NCBI GenBank assembly: GCA_963753345.1 | Contig: CAVWBU010000027.1 | Coordinates: 96,001-160,000 of the forward strand | Origin: an uncultured Fibrobacterota bacterium | GTDB lineage: Bacteria; Fibrobacterota; Chitinivibrionia; Chitinivibrionales; FEN-1185 | Length of the DNA: 64,000 bases | Direction: 5' to 3' | Part shown: positions 59,451 through 64,000 of the stretch, piece after piece | Layout of the letters: each line of letters begins with the position of its first letter | Position numbering within the stretch: the first letter of the stretch is position 1 | Program-made: the position numbers and the translations under genes | The notes under the pieces: generated by a model | The model's database searches: none | What the model was told of the DNA's origin: nothing | What the model saw: only the letters and a program-made list of their open reading frames with translations

Positions 59451-61172
59451 TCACCAGATAAAATCCTCCTTCGCCGGCAAGGTCAACCCCTTAGCACTTT
59501 CGAATTCATATTCCTGTTTGTCGGAAAACACAACGATCTTTCTTCCGTCACCCTTTAGCCCGGAGGCCCCCTGGGGATTTTTTCCTCGCACGATATTGAG
59601 AAGACAGATTGCTTTTTCCAACCCGTCGCCGCGGCCGTAATTCCACACCTCGTCGGGCTGTGCCATGCGGTTTCCGTCATAGATGGATTCGCTGGGCAGT
59701 TTTTCAAGGGCTGCCGCAGTTTCCTTGATATCAAGCTTTGCCGCGCCCGCAATGCTCACGGGGTTCCTGTCGAGTGCGGCCTTGAGAAAAGGCTTCCATG
59801 GGCTGCGGCTGAGATCGCGGAATGCAGCGAAGGCAAGATCGGCCACGGGGTTTTCGGAGCGGACAGACTCAAGGCAATCGACGATCCGCTCCCGCGGCCA
59901 GTCGGCCCCGATCTCAATGGAGGGCGATTTCTCCCAGGTCTTGTTGTCAGAAGGCAGTCGCGGCGCGATGCGGCAGAAGTTGACAAGGTCTTTCATGACT
60001 TCTTCGGAATTGAAGCAACTGTGGTGCAGGTATTTTTTTAAGTTGTCAATTGAGGGAATGCTGTCAAGCGAAACCCGGTTGTTTTTGAAGAACTCCTCAA
60101 CTTCGCGGAGCAGGAGGCGGTCGGGGAGCGGTTCGGGATAGAATTCGTCCTCGTCTATTTCGTGAAGGAGCTGGTTGCGTGTGCCGTCGCTCACCTTGAA
60201 TTTGCTGTTATGCTCGTACGAATAAACTTTTTCCGCCTCGATATACCGTGGTTTCCCGCAGCAGTCGTGGATTATCTGAAAGCACTTTTGCAGCCGGCTG
60301 TTCTGCCTCAGGAAATTCGCCAGAATTTCAAAGGTGATGTCGGTGGTGAGGTACTCCGTCAACCGCCTTGAAAAATGCTCGTAAGACCCTTTTGAAATGG
60401 TTGCGTTGTCGTACAGGGTGTGGATGTACCCCGTATGGTTCGCCACCACGGTGACGCGCTCATGTTCCAGGGCGCGACGGGCCTTCTCGCTGAGTTCGGT
60501 GCCGTTGAACCACATGTTTTTGGTGACGATGCGGCGGTTGTTGGTGATTATTCCGTCGTTGATGTCCACGAAGTTCTGCGAGTGGAGGGGTGTCGCCATC
60601 AGGTAGATATTGACGAGCGGGACGCCGGCGGTCACGAACAGCGCGCTGGCGTACAGGGTTGAAAGCGACACGCATTCACCCGCGCCGCCGGTGTATCCCG
60701 GTTTGTGGCGAAAGGCCTCCATGGCCTCTACGGTTTCCGTTTTCCAGTACGGGATGATGTTTGACGTGTATTTGTCAAGACCGAAATGCCGGCGGATGTC
60801 TATGTCGAAGTAGTATTTGTCTCCCTCATAACCGAACAACGCATTGCTCTGCGCGAGCGCTTCCGGGCCAATAAACGACGAAAACCGCGCCAGTTCCTTT
60901 TCCTTTGTGGTAAGTCCCCAGGTGTCAAGATCAAGGTTGAAGGAAAAACGGTCGATAATATATTGTTTCGTCCGCAGAAGCCGCCGGTACTGATTGAGTG
61001 AATCCATGCCGGAAAACCACGGAAGCGTTTTCCACTTCCACAAGGCCGGCGACATGATGTTGGCGAGAACGAGCGCGAAGAGAAGCTCGGGGAAGATAAA
61101 GACTTCCATATCGGAAAGCGTTATCGCCGAGGAATACTTTTCAAGCGAGGCTGGATTGTCCGGGTCATACAT
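59451..61172 (-). CDS. Hypothetical protein, possible transglutaminase-like fold
   Basis: Likely start MYDPDN at 61172 (the longer ORF overlaps pdxB on the opposite strand); GECVSL...PLHSQNFVD. Confidence 0.75.
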   Translation of the reverse strand: MYDPDNPASLEKYSSAITLSDMEVFIFPELLFALVLANIMSPALWKWKTLPWFSGMDSLNQYRRLLRTKQYIIDRFSFNLDLDTWGLTTKEKELARFSSFIGPEALAQSNALFGYEGDKYYFDIDIRRHFGLDKYTSNIIPYWKTETVEAMEAFRHKPGYTGGAGECVSLSTLYASALFVTAGVPLVNIYLMATPLHSQNFVDINDGIITNNRRIVTKNMWFNGTELSEKARRALEHERVTVVANHTGYIHTLYDNATISKGSYEHFSRRLTEYLTTDITFEILANFLRQNSRLQKCFQIIHDCCGKPRYIEAEKVYSYEHNSKFKVSDGTRNQLLHEIDEDEFYPEPLPDRLLLREVEEFFKNNRVSLDSIPSIDNLKKYLHHSCFNSEEVMKDLVNFCRIAPRLPSDNKTWEKSPSIEIGADWPRERIVDCLESVRSENPVADLAFAAFRDLSRSPWKPFLKAALDRNPVSIAGAAKLDIKETAAALEKLPSESIYDGNRMAQPDEVWNYGRGDGLEKAICLLNIVRGKNPQGASGLKGDGRKIVVFSDKQEYEFESAKGLTLPAKEDFIW

Positions 61173-61422
61173 CGCGGAACCTCTGTATTGTAAACATGCC
61201 GATGATTTAGGATTTGAGATCACAAATATACGTCGGAACCTCGAGGAATAATCTGTTGGCGGCATGAGACAATTGTTTATTTTCAAAGTATAAGAATTCG
61301 AAAAATTATCCTCGGGGCGGAAGACTGAATCGTGCTCTTGGGTGTTCCGCATCAACAAAAGCCCCGTGATTAAGGGAAGATGTTCTGTTGAAACCTGTTT
61401 TTGAGACCATCGCAGGGAGAGC

Positions 61423-62577
61423 ATGAGAATTCTCGCCGATTCGAACATTCTATTTGTCCGCGAAGCGTTTGCACAGTTCGGCAATCTGACTACGATGGAC
61501 GGACGCGCCATCTCCCGGGATAAGCTGAAAGGCGAGGACGCGCTTCTCGTGCGTTCTGTTACGGGGGTGAATGCGGAACTCCTGAAAGGCACCGGGGTCA
61601 AATTCGTTGCGAGCGCCACCAGCGGCACCGACCATGTTGACATGCGCTATTGTGCCGATAACCACATCGGGTTCGCCTATGCGCCCGGCTCGAATGCAAA
61701 TTCGGTTGCCGAGTATGTCGTGGCTGCGCTCCTTAACTGTGCTGCTGCAAGAAACGTGCGGCTCAAAGACCTCACGCTCGGCATTGTTGGCGCGGGAAAC
61801 ATCGGTTCGCGGGTTTTTACGCTTGCCCGGGCGTTTGGAATGCGATGTTTGCTCAATGATCCCCCTAAGAAGGCATTGACAGGAAGCGAAATTTATCTGC
61901 CGCTTGAGACCGTGCTTGCGGAATCGGACATCGTAACCCTGCACGTGCCGCTTGCGGCCTCCGGATCAAACGCCACGCTGCGGATGGTAAACAGTGGCTT
62001 CGTCCGTTCCATGAAGAAAGGCGCGTTTCTCATAAATACCAGCCGGGGAAACGTCATCGACGAAGCCGCGCTCATAAAAAACCGGGACAGGCTCGGTTCT
62101 GTTGTGCTTGACGTATGGCAAAATGAGCCGGCGCCCGATCCGGCGACCGTCGCGCTCTGCGATATCGCCACGCCGCATATCGCCGGCTACTCCTACGACG
62201 GGAAGGTGCGCGGCACGGAAATGATCTGCGCTGCGGCGGGCTCGTTTTTTTCCATGGAGAACACGTGGCGGCTGCCGCAGACCGCCATCATACAACTCGT
62301 TCTTCCGCCGGTGCGGGACCCGGATGCGGCCGTCGCGGAAGCGGTGACACGTGCGTATCCCCTTGAGGAAGACAGCACGAGGTTTAAAAGAATTCTTTCG
62401 TCGAAACAGAATGAGCGGGGAGCATTCTTCGACGAAATGCGGCGGAGCTATCGTCAGCGTCTCGAATTTCACCATTACTCGGTATGTATAAACAATAATA
62501 TGCCGGAATCCGTGGTTCCAATGCTTACGGGCCTGGGGTTCGGCATGAAAACAGGCGGCGCGGAAGGAAAACACTAG
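61423..62577 (+). CDS. pdxB: Erythronate-4-phosphate dehydrogenase
   Basis: ILADSNI, LLVRSVT, ATSGTDHVD, APGSNANSV.EY, INTSRG, DVW..EP, TPHIAGYS.DGK.RGT. Confidence 0.93.
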   Translation: MRILADSNILFVREAFAQFGNLTTMDGRAISRDKLKGEDALLVRSVTGVNAELLKGTGVKFVASATSGTDHVDMRYCADNHIGFAYAPGSNANSVAEYVVAALLNCAAARNVRLKDLTLGIVGAGNIGSRVFTLARAFGMRCLLNDPPKKALTGSEIYLPLETVLAESDIVTLHVPLAASGSNATLRMVNSGFVRSMKKGAFLINTSRGNVIDEAALIKNRDRLGSVVLDVWQNEPAPDPATVALCDIATPHIAGYSYDGKVRGTEMICAAAGSFFSMENTWRLPQTAIIQLVLPPVRDPDAAVAEAVTRAYPLEEDSTRFKRILSSKQNERGAFFDEMRRSYRQRLEFHHYSVCINNNMPESVVPMLTGLGFGMKTGGAEGKH

Positions 62578-64000
62578 TGGAAAAGAAATGCGACATCGGG
62601 GTTGTCGGTCTTGCCGTCATGGGCGCCAATCTTGCGCTCAACATTGCCGATCACGGATTTTCGGTGGTGGTTTACAACCGAACACTTGAAAAGATCCGTG
62701 AATTCATTCTCGGGCCGGCCAGCGGAAAGGACATTATCGCTGCGGGATCAGTTTTAGACCTGTCGCGCCTCCTCGTCCGTCCGCGAAAGATTCTTCTTAT
62801 GGTGAAAGCCGGAAAAGCGGTAGACGAGGTCATTGATGCGCTGATTCCGCTGTTGTCGAAGGGCGATTGCATCATTGACGGCGGCAATTCGCATTTCGCG
62901 GATACGCAGCGGCGCGCGGCGCGCATGGAGTCGGCGGGCATGCTGTATGTCGGATGCGGTGTTTCGGGCGGCGAAGCTGGTGCGCGCAACGGCCCGTCCC
63001 TGATGCCCGGCGGAACCGCGGCCGCATGGCCGATGGTGCGGCCGGTTCTCCAGAAAATCTGCGCAAAAGCCCTTGACGGCACTCCGTGCTGCGACTGGAT
63101 AGGCGCAGGCGGGGCGGGACATTTTGTAAAGATGGTCCACAACGGCATCGAATACGGCGACCTGCAGCTCATCGGTGAATCATACCAGTTCCTCCGCGAC
63201 GGGCTCTGCCTCAGTGCCGCTGAGTGCTCGGAAATTTTTGCGCTGTGGAACAAAGGAGAACTAGAGAGCTATCTCATTAAGATCACGGGAGACATTCTGA
63301 AATTCAAGGGCGACGATGGATCGTACCTTGTCGATGGTATCCTTGATGTGGCGGAACATAAGGGAACCGGCGCGTGGGCCGGTGCAAGTTCGTTTGACCT
63401 GGGCGTGCCCGTTACCCTCATTGCCGAAGCCGTGCTCGCCAGGTTTTTGTCCTCGCTGAGGCACGAGCGGACCGTTGCCGCCTCAGCGCTCGATGGCCCG
63501 GGCAGAAAAATCGCAGGAGACAGGGAACAGCACATCGCGGAACTGGCGAACGCTTTATACGCATCGAAGATCGTGAGCTATGCGCAGGGGTTCATGCTGC
63601 TGCGCGCGGCTTCGGCCCGGTTCTCATGGGACCTCGATTTGGGGAACATTGCGCTTTTGTGGCGCGCTGGATGCATCATCCGCAGCGGGTTTCTCGACAG
63701 GATACACCAGGCCTTTGCACATGATAAAAACGTATCGTCGCTTATTATTGACGGGTACTTCCGCGACGTGCTTGCGAAATGTCAGGACGGATGGAGAACA
63801 ACCGTGTCTGCGGCCGCTATCGCAGGCATTCCAATGCCCGCGCTTTCCGCTGCGCTGTCCTTTTACGACGGATACCGGTGCGGCCGTCTCCCCGCGAACC
63901 TGCTTCAGGCGCAGCGGGACTGTTTCGGTGCGCACGGATACGAACGCATGGACGGACCGGCCGGACGGTTTTTCCACACCGATTGGATGGGTGGAGGAGG
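62577..64000 (+). CDS. gnd: 6-phosphogluconate dehydrogenase (decarboxylating), runs off the window end
   Basis: Not in the ORF track because there is no stop in the window. From the GTG at 62577: MEKKCDIGVVGLAVMGANLALN...VYNRT...DGGNSH...GVSGGE...KMVHNGIEYG...AQRD.FGAHGY...FHTDW. Confidence 0.95.
   Translation, partial: MEKKCDIGVVGLAVMGANLALNIADHGFSVVVYNRTLEKIREFILGPASGKDIIAAGSVLDLSRLLVRPRKILLMVKAGKAVDEVIDALIPLLSKGDCIIDGGNSHFADTQRRAARMESAGMLYVGCGVSGGEAGARNGPSLMPGGTAAAWPMVRPVLQKICAKALDGTPCCDWIGAGGAGHFVKMVHNGIEYGDLQLIGESYQFLRDGLCLSAAECSEIFALWNKGELESYLIKITGDILKFKGDDGSYLVDGILDVAEHKGTGAWAGASSFDLGVPVTLIAEAVLARFLSSLRHERTVAASALDGPGRKIAGDREQHIAELANALYASKIVSYAQGFMLLRAASARFSWDLDLGNIALLWRAGCIIRSGFLDRIHQAFAHDKNVSSLIIDGYFRDVLAKCQDGWRTTVSAAAIAGIPMPALSAALSFYDGYRCGRLPANLLQAQRDCFGAHGYERMDGPAGRFFHTDWMGGG

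Noticed and set aside
61173-61643. N-terminal extension of ORF 59451..61643 (likewise the extended ORF-track starts of sppA, rpsT, EF-G and the TolB-like gene)
   Set aside because: They overlap neighbouring genes or lack an RBS; downstream starts with an RBS or stop-start coupling fit better.

Overview
A gene-dense, chromosomal, mostly housekeeping window from a moderately GC-rich bacterium. It is probably Fibrobacterota (Chitinivibrionia-like) or another FCB-group lineage, inferred from two PorV-family barrels, a T9SS-type C-terminal domain, a GldA/F/G-like ABC operon and an Hc1-like protein. Recognisable genes: rex (partial), serC, serA, icd, tRNA-Gly(CCC), sppA, an MltD-like LysM transglycosylase, an EF-G paralogue, mtnA, mglA/mglB, lysA, rpsT, tkt, a Kef-type antiporter, a Dus-family gene, queA, ugd, trpB2, pdxB and gnd (partial, absent from the ORF track). 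I saw no prophage, transposase or CRISPR array. Most notable signals: (1) an MglA-MglB module in which both proteins carry long low-complexity tails ending in the same ungapped motif (FTSxN-x20-[FI]LS[KR]F[LF]N[KR]) with a MinD-like amphipathic end, beside a DUF4388 gene and a TPR membrane-protein gene; (2) a PHP / UbiA prenyltransferase / TPR / ferredoxin / geranylgeranyl reductase cluster resembling part of archaeal-type isoprenoid lipid synthesis; (3) a small Cys-rich ORF behind a near-consensus promoter overlapped by two NrdR-like boxes 32 bp apart; (4) an outer-membrane operon with a PorV barrel interrupted by a propeller insertion and an M6-like protease lacking HExxH, containing two frameshifts; (5) nested, hairpin-rich intergenic repeats at about 51.0-51.5 kb and 55.3 kb. 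All calls come from reading motifs by eye; no database searches were run.
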